A DNA stretch of 64,000 nucleotides. It comes from a virus. Position numbers and translations under genes: made by a program. Under the pieces are notes generated by a model. That model had not been told where the DNA came from. It searched no databases and saw nothing but the letters and a program-made list of their open reading frames with translations. Positions 1 through 9,468 of the stretch are shown one piece after another; within the stretch, counting starts at the first letter, position 1, and each line of letters opens with the position of its first letter. The stretch is taken from positions 7,418-71,417 of IMG/VR virus record IMGVR_UViG_3300037187_000003. One strand, written 5' to 3'.

Positions 1-48
1 CTTGAGGCCCAGCGTAACGTACAACGCATCAATTACGGTTGCCATCAT
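1..48 (-). CDS. tape measure protein, N-terminus (runs off the window)
   Basis: Reads MMATVIDALYVTLGLK directly after the tail chaperones. Position and N-terminus are typical of tape measure proteins in this myophage group. Confidence 0.6.
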   Translation of the reverse strand, partial: MMATVIDALYVTLGLK

Positions 49-245
49 TCGTCTTTCGGTTGTGTCGCAACCCGCGCGTTGTGACGGTCTACAGCCGCGA
101 TCTCCAACAAACTATAGACATCATCAAGATCGTAGACCGTCTGCAACTCCAGCAACGACGCTAGTTTGGCAGAGACGACGATTCCGAGGCTTGGATGGAT
201 GTTGCTGTATTCTGCCCACTCTCGGCTACTATCGTCGCTATCCAC
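45..245 (-). CDS. tail assembly chaperone, frameshift extension (gpT-like)
   Basis: Contains LASLLELQTVYDLDDVYSLLEI. It is in the -1 frame of 161..685 and stays open back to the slippery site at 290..296. Confidence 0.7.
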   Translation of the reverse strand: MDSDDSSREWAEYSNIHPSLGIVVSAKLASLLELQTVYDLDDVYSLLEIAAVDRHNARVATQPKDE

Positions 246-685
246 GCCCTTCCCATCGTCAGGTATTCGGAGAAGCGCACGGCGAGCGAAAAACCCAAAT
301 GGAGAGAAACCACCTCCTCGTGCATTTGCAAGATCGTGGCTGGCTCTGCGATCTGTTGCAGTATCATCGGCCCGGTCAGGGGGGCCATCGCGCCGGGCGG
401 CTGATACGACTGGATGCAGGACAGAAGATCGTCCAGCAGCGGTTTGACCTCATGCCACGGTGCCTTGCCCAGACCGGTGACAATCGCGCCAATGCCCATT
501 GTCGCGAAGCCTTCGACGCCGTGCATCAGGATATTCGGCGGCAGATCGACGCCGGCCCGTGCCATGAGTTGTGCCGCGCGGAGGAACCATTCGGTCGCCT
601 GATACGCGGGCTTTTCCATGATGGTGAACTGGCCGCCCTTGTCGCGGCCTTCGCGCGTGATGACGATGGTTGCGGTGCGAATCAT
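161..685 (-). CDS. tail assembly chaperone (gpG-like)
   Basis: 174-aa ORF between tail tube and tape measure genes; contains an in-frame G GGT TTT heptamer. Confidence 0.75.
   Translation of the reverse strand: MIRTATIVITREGRDKGGQFTIMEKPAYQATEWFLRAAQLMARAGVDLPPNILMHGVEGFATMGIGAIVTGLGKAPWHEVKPLLDDLLSCIQSYQPPGAMAPLTGPMILQQIAEPATILQMHEEVVSLHLGFSLAVRFSEYLTMGRAWIATIVAESGQNTATSIQASESSSLPN
290..296 (-). other. programmed -1 ribosomal frameshift site G GGU UUU
   Basis: Minus strand reads TTG GGT TTT TCG (L-G-F-S), an X XXY YYZ heptamer. The -1 frame reads GFFARRALLRIPDDGKGVDSDD and joins ORF 45..245. Confidence 0.7.
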
Positions 686-1134
686 CAGCCTGCCAGCCCC
701 ACAGGCGTTCCGAGGATGTTGCCCCAGGTGATCCGGAACGCGCGCCGTTGCAGCGTTTTCTTTGCGTCCGCGATCGGCTTGTAGCGGGTCAGGAAGCCGT
801 TTGTCAGGGCATACGTCACGCCGATGCTGGTCAGCGTGATGACCCCAGTAGCCGGCGCCGCGAGCAGAGCCGCTTGTTGGCCGCCCTGCCAGCTATCGAA
901 GAACGCGCATGACGGCGAGGCGGGAGAAAGCGTGATCGTCATTGGCTTCTCTGTGTAAACATAACCACCAACGAAGAAGCCGTCCACGCCCATCCGCGTT
1001 TCGGTCGGAACCACGTCGTCGGTGTCGAAGATGTCATCCGTCTCGAAACCTTGGATTTGCGTGGGAATTGGCAGCAACAGCGGCACGCTAAGAATGAGCA
1101 CCGCATTGGCTGATGTGATGTTATTGTTCGCCAT
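685..1134 (-). CDS. tail tube protein
   Basis: 149 aa with NITSANAVLIL, MGVDG and ITLSPASPS motifs, directly after the sheath gene. Confidence 0.8.
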   Translation of the reverse strand: MANNNITSANAVLILSVPLLLPIPTQIQGFETDDIFDTDDVVPTETRMGVDGFFVGGYVYTEKPMTITLSPASPSCAFFDSWQGGQQAALLAAPATGVITLTSIGVTYALTNGFLTRYKPIADAKKTLQRRAFRITWGNILGTPVGLAG

Positions 1135-1147
1135 CGCGGCGCGCTCC

Positions 1148-3151
1148 TTACTGGATCAAGACCGAGCCGAGGGTTATTTGCTGAATCGAACCGCCATCGG
1201 TGTAGAACAAGGTCATCGGCGGCGTCTGCCTGGCAGCACGCACTTGCGCTGTGGCGGGTTGAATCAACAGATAGAAACCCACCGTCGATATGATGCCGTC
1301 CACCGTCATGCCGCACGCCGCATTGACATAAGCGGCCTGCGCAGCCGATAGCGGCACGCCCTGGCGGATCACCCCGTTATTGATTGCTTGTGCCACGGGG
1401 CTTGCGGGCGGGAGCGCAATCGTCGCGGTGTCTGCGCCTCCCGTCAGGGCTTGGCGCAGAATGGCATAACCGGCCGGAGTATAGGGGATCGACTTGAAGA
1501 CCGTCAGAACGCCGCCGAGCAAAGTCAACTGCAACTGGTTGTTGAGCCAGATTTGGTTGATGTAGCTATCGAACCACGCAAAGGGTCCGGTGATCTGACC
1601 GGGATAATAGAACTCGAAATCCTGATTGGCCGTCGCATACGTGCCATAGAAGTTGTAGCCGTTTGCGATAAGGTTCGCCGCTGCCATCGCGTTGGTGACA
1701 CTCGACCCTAGGCCGGATTGGCTCTTGAACGCCGCTGTCGCACGCCCGTTAGTCGCATTGAAATCGACTGATGCAGCGAAGCCGCCGAGGAACGCCGCAA
1801 GGTGCAGGTTCGATCCGGTCGGCTCATAGATGCAGGCGGTGCCGGATGAGTTGCTGGCTTTGAGAATCTGGCCGAGGCTCGTGGCCGCATCCGTGCTTTC
1901 GGTCGGCGTGATGTCGTTATCCCACGCGAGATACGCATAGCGATTATTCTGCGCGTTTGTCCACGCGGCGAAAAGCTGCTTCTGCGCATTGCCGCTCCCG
2001 GCATCGGGATCGAACAGCGTCTGGAAGGTGGCCCAATTCTGCGTCTGCGCGGTTATCGCGCTCATGAATGTGGCCGGGACACCAGCAACCGCGCCTTGCG
2101 ACGTGATTGCGCCAGTGACCAGCGTGAGTGCCAGGCCGGCGCTGATCGTGCCTGAGCCATAGCCGATCGTGCTGGATGCTCCGGTTGTGCTGGAAATGAC
2201 CACGAAGGCGCCGGATACGCTGTCATAGGTGACGACCGGCGTGACGGTGGTCATTGCCTCGCTGGCAACGCCCTGCGTCTGCGTGGCGATGTAGGTTCCT
2301 GCACCGCCCGCGCCGGTGCCCAGGGCGGTGACGTAGGTCCCGGCAGTGACGGACGTGCCTTCGATCTGCTGGCCGATGGCGATGGTCCCGCTGGCCACGG
2401 TTGCCACGTCCACGACGTTGCTCGTGCATGTGATAGATGCGGCGCTTGACGTGGTGGCATTGTTGGTCACATAGACGCCTGCGCCGCCGATGGTGCCGCT
2501 GGTTTGGCTGACGATCCACGTGGTTGCCGGAACGCCGGTGCCGGTGATCGTAGCCGATGCTGCGGTGCCGGGATGGATAGTCCCCGTAACGGACGTAACC
2601 GTGAGATTCGTGCCGCTGCCCGTCGCGGTAAACGTCGCCCCGAAAGCCGCGGCGGTGATCGTGGCATCAGTCGGCCCGGTCAGGCCGAGCGCCGTGGTAA
2701 TCAGTTCCGAGGCGTTGGAAAAGCTGGTAGCCGCGGACAGGTTTATGGCGCTCGATGTGTGAGGCGTGCCGTCGATCGTGACCGTCAGCACGCCGGAAAG
2801 CGCTTGTAGCTGTGCCAGGGTGAGGGAGGATACCGGGCCGCCGCGGAGATAGGCACCGACATTCGCGATCGGATATTGCGCGAAAAGCAGCGCGGCGGGG
2901 AGCGCGGTTGATCCGATAAAGCCGTCGCCGTAAACGGTGGCTTCTACCGCTTCGGTTGAAGTGGCGCCGAAATATGCGCCGACAGTTACGTCGAACGGTG
3001 GCGGGAACGACAACACCCTGCCGATGGGCACGCGCGTGTTCGTCGTCAGCATCAGTTCGATCAGATCAAGCGCCGCACCGCCGGCCGAGAGGACGCTCGG
3101 AATGATATCGACGATGGTCGAGGCCGGAATCGTGTTGATCGTGCCGCTCAT
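1148..3151 (-). CDS. tail sheath protein (DUF3383-like) with inserted beta-rich domains
   Basis: 667 aa. N-terminus IPASTIVDIIPSVLSAGG, C-terminus FYTDGGSIQQITLGS and QTQNWATF motif; Thr/Gly-rich insert. Confidence 0.9.
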   Translation of the reverse strand: MSGTINTIPASTIVDIIPSVLSAGGAALDLIELMLTTNTRVPIGRVLSFPPPFDVTVGAYFGATSTEAVEATVYGDGFIGSTALPAALLFAQYPIANVGAYLRGGPVSSLTLAQLQALSGVLTVTIDGTPHTSSAINLSAATSFSNASELITTALGLTGPTDATITAAAFGATFTATGSGTNLTVTSVTGTIHPGTAASATITGTGVPATTWIVSQTSGTIGGAGVYVTNNATTSSAASITCTSNVVDVATVASGTIAIGQQIEGTSVTAGTYVTALGTGAGGAGTYIATQTQGVASEAMTTVTPVVTYDSVSGAFVVISSTTGASSTIGYGSGTISAGLALTLVTGAITSQGAVAGVPATFMSAITAQTQNWATFQTLFDPDAGSGNAQKQLFAAWTNAQNNRYAYLAWDNDITPTESTDAATSLGQILKASNSSGTACIYEPTGSNLHLAAFLGGFAASVDFNATNGRATAAFKSQSGLGSSVTNAMAAANLIANGYNFYGTYATANQDFEFYYPGQITGPFAWFDSYINQIWLNNQLQLTLLGGVLTVFKSIPYTPAGYAILRQALTGGADTATIALPPASPVAQAINNGVIRQGVPLSAAQAAYVNAACGMTVDGIISTVGFYLLIQPATAQVRAARQTPPMTLFYTDGGSIQQITLGSVLIQ

Positions 3152-3163
3152 GCGTAGTGTCTC

Positions 3164-3886
3164 CTACTCGACCGGCTGTAGAATATCGACCGGGTATGGC
3201 GTGACGCTCAGCGTCCCAGCGAATTGCACGGGCACTTGAACGGTTGGGTTGATCTGCAATTCCAAATCGATGGAATACCTGGTCTCGAATTGCATCTCGG
3301 CATTGTCGAAGGCCAGTTGCCGCGGATCGCTGGTGTAGAGCGGCGCTATGGCTGGGTTTGCGGCGGCGAAGGCATCCACCGCATACTGATCGCGGAACAA
3401 CGTTGAGATGATCTGCGCGTTGTCGCCCGAGGCCGGCCCATGCACATCGAGTTGCACCGTGAACCGCGTCATTTGCAGGTTGCTACTCGTGCCTGCGGCC
3501 ATCGGCCCGCTGGGGATCGTCTGGGCCGGCGCTACGGTGTATGTGCCCGTTCCCCCGGTGCCAGAGCCAAATGCCGTGATGACCGTGCCCACGCCTACGC
3601 TGGGGCCGAAGACGGGGGCGTTTGGCAGGATGGTGCCGGATAGCACCGCGGCGACGGTGAGGGTCGGGCCGGAAATCGAGCCGGTGAAGGTGCAGTCGGT
3701 CGGCGTGTCGATGTTGGTGGCGAGGCGCAGTCGCAGCAGGGGCCACATCTCAATGAAGCTGGCCGCGGCCGGTTCCGGCACTCGGTTATCCTGGCCTCGG
3801 ATGATTTCGATGCCGGGCAGCATTCCTTGCAGGACTGTGGTCAGGGCCGTGAAGACGGCTGATTCGGTGAGGGCGACGGTGGGCAT
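3164..3886 (-). CDS. tail terminator/neck protein with inserted beta domain
   Basis: RGQDNRVPEP, VQLDVHGP and PLYTSDPRQ motifs; immediately upstream of the sheath gene. Confidence 0.7.
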   Translation of the reverse strand: MPTVALTESAVFTALTTVLQGMLPGIEIIRGQDNRVPEPAAASFIEMWPLLRLRLATNIDTPTDCTFTGSISGPTLTVAAVLSGTILPNAPVFGPSVGVGTVITAFGSGTGGTGTYTVAPAQTIPSGPMAAGTSSNLQMTRFTVQLDVHGPASGDNAQIISTLFRDQYAVDAFAAANPAIAPLYTSDPRQLAFDNAEMQFETRYSIDLELQINPTVQVPVQFAGTLSVTPYPVDILQPVE

Positions 3887-4060
3887 TCACGCGGCCTTTT
3901 CGTCCTGCGATGCCGGATGCGGCGCAGTCTCGATCAGTTTGGCGTGGATATCGGCGCGCAACCGCCCCGCAATCGTCGCCCGCGGCTCATCATCGTCCGC
4001 CGCAACGCCTGTCAGCAGCGCGCGGGCGCGGACCAGTAGGTTGCGGATATCCGGGTCCAT
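3887..4060 (-). CDS. hypothetical protein (57 aa)
   Basis: Hand-translated [16 protein letters not shown]...DEKAA; fills the gap between neighbours exactly. Confidence 0.5.
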   Translation of the reverse strand: MDPDIRNLLVRARALLTGVAADDDEPRATIAGRLRADIHAKLIETAPHPASQDEKAA

Positions 4061-4326
4061 CACTCCTCCACAATCGCCGCAGCAACCGCCGCCTTGAACT
4101 CGGCCACCGTCTCGGCAAACTGCGCAACGGTGCGTTCCAGGTCGGACGTGTCCAGTTTGAGTTTCATCGTCGCCTTACCACAGCGCGCCGGTTCCAGTTC
4201 CCGCATCGCGGCCCATACTTCTGCGGCCAGTTCATCCGCTGACCACCCAACCGGGCGGAACGTGGCGAGACGATCAATGACCGCCTGCGCGCCGGCTTGC
4301 AGCATTTCCTCGGTCGGTTCAGTCAC
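4060..4326 (-). CDS. hypothetical protein (PTEEML type)
   Basis: GTG start overlaps the upstream stop; reads [11 protein letters not shown]...VWAAM. Confidence 0.6.
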   Translation of the reverse strand: MTEPTEEMLQAGAQAVIDRLATFRPVGWSADELAAEVWAAMRELEPARCGKATMKLKLDTSDLERTVAQFAETVAEFKAAVAAAIVEE

Positions 4327-4538
4327 ATGCGTCGCCCCGGCCACGCGTCGCCCACGGAGCGCTTGCTGCTTGGCAGGCCGGAACTCGGGGCGGTCGCCAT
4401 GCCGGGGATAGCGTCTTTACCGCGACGCGCCTCGGATTCCGCGATCGCGATTGCTTGCCGTTCCGGCTTGCCCGCATTCCGTTCGGTTGCGATGTTCTTG
4501 GAAATCGTCGCCTGCGACTTTCCCGCTTCAAGTGGCAT
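4323..4538 (-). CDS. small basic head-module protein
   Basis: [38 protein letters not shown], a small motif family recurrent in phage head modules. Confidence 0.65.
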   Translation of the reverse strand: MPLEAGKSQATISKNIATERNAGKPERQAIAIAESEARRGKDAIPGMATAPSSGLPSSKRSVGDAWPGRRM

Positions 4539-4728
4539 TGTCTGCGTCCTGTTCCAGCCGATCCGCAAGCGCGAGTAGATCGGTAATGTCTGCCCACTTA
4601 GTCCCGTCCGCAGCCTCCACGACGGGAATATTCCGGAACGATGCGGCCAGCTTGCGTTGCATCGCGCTTAGTGTTGCGTGGAGTGACGAGGCATCGATTT
4701 CGATTGTGATTGTGTCCACCATCGCCAT
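4528..4728 (-). CDS. hypothetical protein
   Basis: 66-aa ORF coupled within the operon. Confidence 0.5.
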   Translation of the reverse strand: MAMVDTITIEIDASSLHATLSAMQRKLAASFRNIPVVEAADGTKWADITDLLALADRLEQDADNAT

Positions 4729-4732
4729 CCGA

Positions 4733-5104
4733 TCAACTCCCGTCCTGCAACGTTACGATCGCCTTGCACCAATTTGGCCAGCGCTCCGGTATCGCGGTCA
4801 CCAGCCACGTCTGCCCAAAGAACTTCATCAGATCGCCGCCCTTCCCAGCCGATCGCACAACGCCAGCCACCGCGCCATTCAAGTACACCGCGCGATGCTC
4901 GCCTTGCAGGTTCAACCCGTCCAACTTGCGCAAGTCCGTCGAGGTCAGTTCCTGGACCTGAGCGCAGATCGTGACCGGTGCGGCATAGGTCGGCGTGCGC
5001 GTCGAATCCGGGTTAGTCGTGTATCCCGTGCTTTGCAGCACAGTGATCGTAACCTGCGGATTGACAGCCGAAATCGCCCCAGACGCTATGTTGTGAAGGT
5101 TCAC
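4733..5104 (-). CDS. head closure / head-tail joining protein
   Basis: MNLHNIASGAISAVNP, QVQEL, GGDL, WLVTAIPERWPNWCK; neck-region position. Confidence 0.75.
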   Translation of the reverse strand: MNLHNIASGAISAVNPQVTITVLQSTGYTTNPDSTRTPTYAAPVTICAQVQELTSTDLRKLDGLNLQGEHRAVYLNGAVAGVVRSAGKGGDLMKFFGQTWLVTAIPERWPNWCKAIVTLQDGS

Positions 5105-5808
5105 GCCGATAGCTGATAGCTATACGTGAACTCGTAATCGTTGATGCCGGCCGTGCCGGGCGCCGTGGTCGGAATAACCGAACGTGCCACCGTATCGACG
5201 GTCGCTGTCGAGGCCACGTCATCCGTCACGGCTCGCGCCCATGCCGTAACACCGCCGGTGACGGTGGTGATGACCTTCGTCGCCTTGACCAGCGTCAGAT
5301 TGGTTGGCAAGGTTCCGGTCGGCAGGCCGAACGCATTGGCCTGGCCGATGCCGATGGTATTGCCCGTTCCGCTGCCATTCGCGGCGTATGCGCTGACTGT
5401 CGCTGACGTGATGCTGGCATAGCAGAACGCCGAAGTTTTCGTCGCGCTGGCGTTTTCGATCAGGCTGATGTTCTCAGTGATCGCGTTGCCGTCCTGATCG
5501 GTGCCGATCAACGCAAGGTTGCCCGCCGTGATAGCCGTCGTGGTGGTGGTGCCGACCACGATGCGGATTTGCAGCTTGCGCGCCTGGGGCGGTTGCTCGG
5601 CCAGCGTCAGCGCCACGTTGCTCGGCGTGACGGCGGCGACGATGCTGATAAGGTCCGCCGGCAGCGGCGCCAGGAAGACCGCCTTGGACACCCTGGTCTG
5701 CAACACAGCCGCACTCAGGCCGAGCGCGCCGCCGGGAAGCTCTGGGCAGTCCTGGGTGAAAGCCGTTCCCGCGGCGAGATTGGTGGATTGCAGGACAAGC
5801 GCCGTCAT
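5101..5808 (-). CDS. putative virion structural (decoration-like) protein
   Basis: Thr/Ala-rich beta protein with GTDQDGNAITENI; ATG overlaps the upstream stop. Confidence 0.6.
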   Translation of the reverse strand: MTALVLQSTNLAAGTAFTQDCPELPGGALGLSAAVLQTRVSKAVFLAPLPADLISIVAAVTPSNVALTLAEQPPQARKLQIRIVVGTTTTTAITAGNLALIGTDQDGNAITENISLIENASATKTSAFCYASITSATVSAYAANGSGTGNTIGIGQANAFGLPTGTLPTNLTLVKATKVITTVTGGVTAWARAVTDDVASTATVDTVARSVIPTTAPGTAGINDYEFTYSYQLSA

Positions 5809-6404
5809 GTGGGTTCTCCCGTAGTGACTTCGTGGCCTACCGCGCGCCACATATCTCCGGTGTCGATAAGCGGCTTCGCAAATTTTTTCCGGCGGATCGT
5901 GCTCGCAGCCAGCGGCGGATCGGTCAGCGTCTTGATCGATTCGACAAGCTGGCCAGCAATCGCGGCGCCGACAACATCGAGAGCGGCCGGGCCGTCATAG
6001 TCCTTTGCCTTCAACTGCGTAGCGATGCCCGCTGGCCACTCATGGCTCTTCGCTGCGATCATCCGACGAAAGAACGGACGCGGCGGGATGGTGATGGTAT
6101 AGGACCCGTGCGCGTGTGTGCTGGTGAAGTTGGCCTTGGCCTTCTTCACAAACTGTCCGCCGCGCAGAAACTTGCCGCTCGCGCTTTTCTTTCGATAGAT
6201 CGTCACAGACCCAGCTTGGCGCTGGATCGTCGCGCCGAACTCCTGGATTGCGGCGATGTATGCGACGGGGGTTCCGTCTGGGTATGTCTTGCCAGACAAG
6301 AAGCCGACGCGAACGGTAGGTCCTCCGGTAGTCGCGCCGACGTTTCCCGCGATCTTTGCCAGATAGGCTTGCAGCTTGTCGCCTCCGCTGATCGCGTCAG
6401 CCAT
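5805..6404 (-). CDS. neck / tail-completion protein (HK97 gp10-like)
   Basis: VRVGFL, AAIQEFG, IPPRPFFR and KPLIDTGDM motifs; start placed at MADAISGG. Confidence 0.75.
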   Translation of the reverse strand: MADAISGGDKLQAYLAKIAGNVGATTGGPTVRVGFLSGKTYPDGTPVAYIAAIQEFGATIQRQAGSVTIYRKKSASGKFLRGGQFVKKAKANFTSTHAHGSYTITIPPRPFFRRMIAAKSHEWPAGIATQLKAKDYDGPAALDVVGAAIAGQLVESIKTLTDPPLAASTIRRKKFAKPLIDTGDMWRAVGHEVTTGEPT

Positions 6405-6853
6405 TACCAGCCCCTGCCACCAAACCCAGCCCGCGTCACGCCGAGATACCGCTGCGGCGCTGGCTGATATCGCATCGTCCGATATTGCGCGGTCGCTGAC
6501 CAGAACATCGCCCCATATTGCGTCTGCTGGAACCATGCCCCGTTCGGGTTGGACGGCATATCGAACGCCACCGATACCGAGCCTTCCGATGCATTCGAGA
6601 CCCGTCCGACCGGCGTTCCGGCCGCCGCATTGTTCATCAGCGTGACGATATGCGCGGTCAGCAGGTTCAGCAGCGTGTTGCGCTGGCCGCCGCGCGTGTT
6701 GTCCGTGACGACGCTGCAAGCGCTGTTGTTGAGATATATCCCCGCCAACCCCCAGGCGAACTCGGCCTGATAAGGCGACGTTGATGCAAGCGCCGGAAAG
6801 CACGACTGCCACAGCGAATAGTCGAATGGGACGGCGCCGAGGGTGCCGGACAT
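6404..6853 (-). CDS. head-tail adaptor (DUF4054-like)
   Basis: LLTAHI, GRVSNASEGSVSV and WFQQTQYG motifs. Confidence 0.8.
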   Translation of the reverse strand: MSGTLGAVPFDYSLWQSCFPALASTSPYQAEFAWGLAGIYLNNSACSVVTDNTRGGQRNTLLNLLTAHIVTLMNNAAAGTPVGRVSNASEGSVSVAFDMPSNPNGAWFQQTQYGAMFWSATAQYRTMRYQPAPQRYLGVTRAGFGGRGW

Positions 6854-7341
6854 CAGGCGGCTCGCGGGCCTTCGTGCCGGCTCACGGCGCGGGGTGCGCG
6901 CGGATCGGTTTGTGTGACGCGGCCCGCACCGTCTTGCAGCGTCGGCGTCATCGGCTCCAAGCCGCTGCGAGCGCCGGCATATTCTTTGGCCTGCGCTTGG
7001 GCATCACCCGCCTTGCCGCGCGCAAACACGCCCGGCGGCACGCTGGACAGCAGCGGGTGTCCGGCATTCTGGGCAACCCACTTATCCCAAAAGTCCTTGT
7101 CCACATTTGGTGTCGCGCCATAGCCATTGACCATGACAACGAAATTGCCGTCCTTGTCCACGCGAGATTGCCCGAATGGTGCAGCCGTGCCATTCAGCAC
7201 AACCTCATCGCCTGTCGGGCGGGCGATTTTGTAGGTCCGGGCACCACCGCCGACCACAGGTTCGGACTCTTCGACCACGGCGTGCATCCGCAGCCGCAGC
7301 CCCATCGGCACATTGCAATAGACGGTCACATAGTCGGGCAC
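6853..7341 (-). CDS. conserved phage protein downstream of the major capsid gene
   Basis: GTG start with AGGAG RBS; VTVYCNVPMGL, VDKDFWDKW and SGLEP motifs. Confidence 0.65.
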   Translation of the reverse strand: MPDYVTVYCNVPMGLRLRMHAVVEESEPVVGGGARTYKIARPTGDEVVLNGTAAPFGQSRVDKDGNFVVMVNGYGATPNVDKDFWDKWVAQNAGHPLLSSVPPGVFARGKAGDAQAQAKEYAGARSGLEPMTPTLQDGAGRVTQTDPRAPRAVSRHEGPRAA

Positions 7342-7354
7342 TGGTCGCTCCTGT

Positions 7355-8428
7355 TCAAACGCCAAGCATCGACGCGGCGGCGGCCGGGTAGCGGATCACC
7401 GCGCCCCAGGTGCCTTGCGTCATCTTCTGCTCGAAAGACGACGCCTTGAAGATCATTCGGTGGGTGCGCAGCTTTTCGTTGAAGGCGCAATAGCCGACGT
7501 CCTTGCCTTCCAGCTTGCGCACCCAAAGCTGCACCAGATTGCCGCCCGTGATACCCGCTGGGTTGGTGGTGGAAGTCACGCCGTAGAGCGGGTCCTTGAC
7601 GAACCGCACGCGCGGGTAATTCTCCAGGATCAACTGCTTGATCTTGGTGTTGAACGTGTTTGCGGTCGTCAGTGCGGTGGCGATCGTGTTCGGATAGACG
7701 AACACCATTTCGTCGTTGTCATCCACAACGCCGGCCGTCTGGTTCTGAATCTGCTGAACCATCGCCAGGAAGTCGTTGTAGATTTCATTCGGCGTCGCAT
7801 TGATGACGCCGTTCTTGACCCACTGCACGCCGCCGTTCGCCTTCAGGCTTGGCGTCAGCGCGGCCGATAGGCCCGGTTCGTTGGTCAGGCCGTAGTTCGC
7901 CAACCCCGCTACGCCAAAGTGATAGGTGAGGTTCTGGTACTTGTTGAGCACCGTGATTGCGGCTTGCTGGTTGGACGACGCCCAGGCAAGCCGCGCCAGA
8001 TCGGCTCGCTCCATCTCCCGCTCGCCATACTGGACGAAGATTTGGTAGAGATATGCCTGCCGTTGGGGGAAGTTGGCATTGACGTTCGACATTCCGTTGT
8101 TGGAATAGTCGCCGTAGCTGCTGGTTTCACCCGTCGCCTCGATGTAGGGGAACATGGCCGTATCATCAAGCCACGACCCTTTCTTCACCTCATCCAGGAT
8201 TTCCGCGCCCTTGTTTGGCGAGAAGATGACCTTATAGACCTCGGGGTCAACGATCGTCGTAAGGAACGCGGGAATATCGGAGTTCGCCGTCGTGGTCAGC
8301 GTCGGCAAGGCATCCATCGCCAGCACGTCGCCGCCGACGCCACGCCAGTCGTCGCGCAGCAGTTCAACCGCGCCGCGGAAGATGGCCCCAGCCCGCTCGT
8401 ATTCGACGATCTCGGGATTGCGATACAT
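7355..8428 (-). CDS. major capsid protein (DUF2184-like)
   Basis: 357 aa with KKGSW, SSYGDYS and GTWGAVIRYP; follows the protease and cement genes. Confidence 0.9.
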   Translation of the reverse strand: MYRNPEIVEYERAGAIFRGAVELLRDDWRGVGGDVLAMDALPTLTTTANSDIPAFLTTIVDPEVYKVIFSPNKGAEILDEVKKGSWLDDTAMFPYIEATGETSSYGDYSNNGMSNVNANFPQRQAYLYQIFVQYGEREMERADLARLAWASSNQQAAITVLNKYQNLTYHFGVAGLANYGLTNEPGLSAALTPSLKANGGVQWVKNGVINATPNEIYNDFLAMVQQIQNQTAGVVDDNDEMVFVYPNTIATALTTANTFNTKIKQLILENYPRVRFVKDPLYGVTSTTNPAGITGGNLVQLWVRKLEGKDVGYCAFNEKLRTHRMIFKASSFEQKMTQGTWGAVIRYPAAAASMLGV

Positions 8429-8476
8429 TGTCTCGTCTCCGTGTTGCTGGAGCCATCGCTCCGATGGGTGAAGCGA

Positions 8477-9442
8477 TTAGCCGTATGCGGCGGTATGGCT
8501 CGATATTTTTATCATTTCGCCCGGCGCTGCGTTGGAGACCGCATACCATTTGGTCTCCTGGTTCACCGCCGCAACAGTGATGGCCGTGCTGCTGACGACG
8601 GTGTTGTTGTTGACGACGTAGGTTCCGGCCCCTCCGGTCCCGGTGCCGAGTGCGGTGATCGTCGTGCCAGCAACAACGCTGGAGCCGGAGATGGTCTGAT
8701 TGACCGCGAAGCCGGATACGACGGTGCCACCAACGGTCAACAGGCCATACGTGCCGGAGATCGTAACGCTGGCCGTGGCCTGTTCGGGGATGCTGACGTA
8801 GTAATTGCCGATGCCGCCCGTCGTACCACTAATCTGCGAGACAACCACACTGCCGGTTGTAATGCCGGTGCCGGAGATCGCCGCGCCGGGATAGACCGTA
8901 CCGGAGCCGACCGCCGTCACGCTCATGATGTCGCCGGAGATCGAGCCGGTGACGCTGAACGTCTCTGCCGCGATGCTGGATGCCGATCCGCTGGCGCCGG
9001 TCGTGGGCGACCCTGTTGCGGCGAATGTCGCCTGCCCATTGGCGAGGTTGGCGTACGCCTTCATGCCCCAGGTTGCCACGCCTGAGCCGTTGTTGATGCA
9101 CCAGAAGTCGCCGCCGTTCATGACCTCGACCTCGAACCCGGCCGGCACCAGCAGCCCAGACGACTGCAAGTAGTTCGTCAGCAGACCGTTCATGGTCCGA
9201 TGCACGAATCCAGCCACGTTACCGCTGCCATAGTTGTTGGCGAAGCTCGGCGTGCCATCGGCGTCGACTGGCGGCGTTACCCACGCGAACAGGCCGGTCG
9301 TCAGGCCAAGCGGCCCGGCGACAAGTCCGCCCGGCCCGGCATCAAAAGTGGTCCACACGTTTTTGCTTGCGAAATCACCAACCACCGCAGGCGCTGGTTG
9401 GACATTGACCTGGGACTGGCCCAGCGGAACGTAAGTCACCAT
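8477..9442 (-). CDS. capsid cement/decoration protein
   Basis: QPAPAVVGDFAS, GFVHR, GGDFW and ETKWY motifs; between protease and capsid genes. Confidence 0.75.
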   Translation of the reverse strand: MVTYVPLGQSQVNVQPAPAVVGDFASKNVWTTFDAGPGGLVAGPLGLTTGLFAWVTPPVDADGTPSFANNYGSGNVAGFVHRTMNGLLTNYLQSSGLLVPAGFEVEVMNGGDFWCINNGSGVATWGMKAYANLANGQATFAATGSPTTGASGSASSIAAETFSVTGSISGDIMSVTAVGSGTVYPGAAISGTGITTGSVVVSQISGTTGGIGNYYVSIPEQATASVTISGTYGLLTVGGTVVSGFAVNQTISGSSVVAGTTITALGTGTGGAGTYVVNNNTVVSSTAITVAAVNQETKWYAVSNAAPGEMIKISSHTAAYG

Positions 9443-9468
9443 CGCTAGATTTCCTTATGCTGGGAGGA

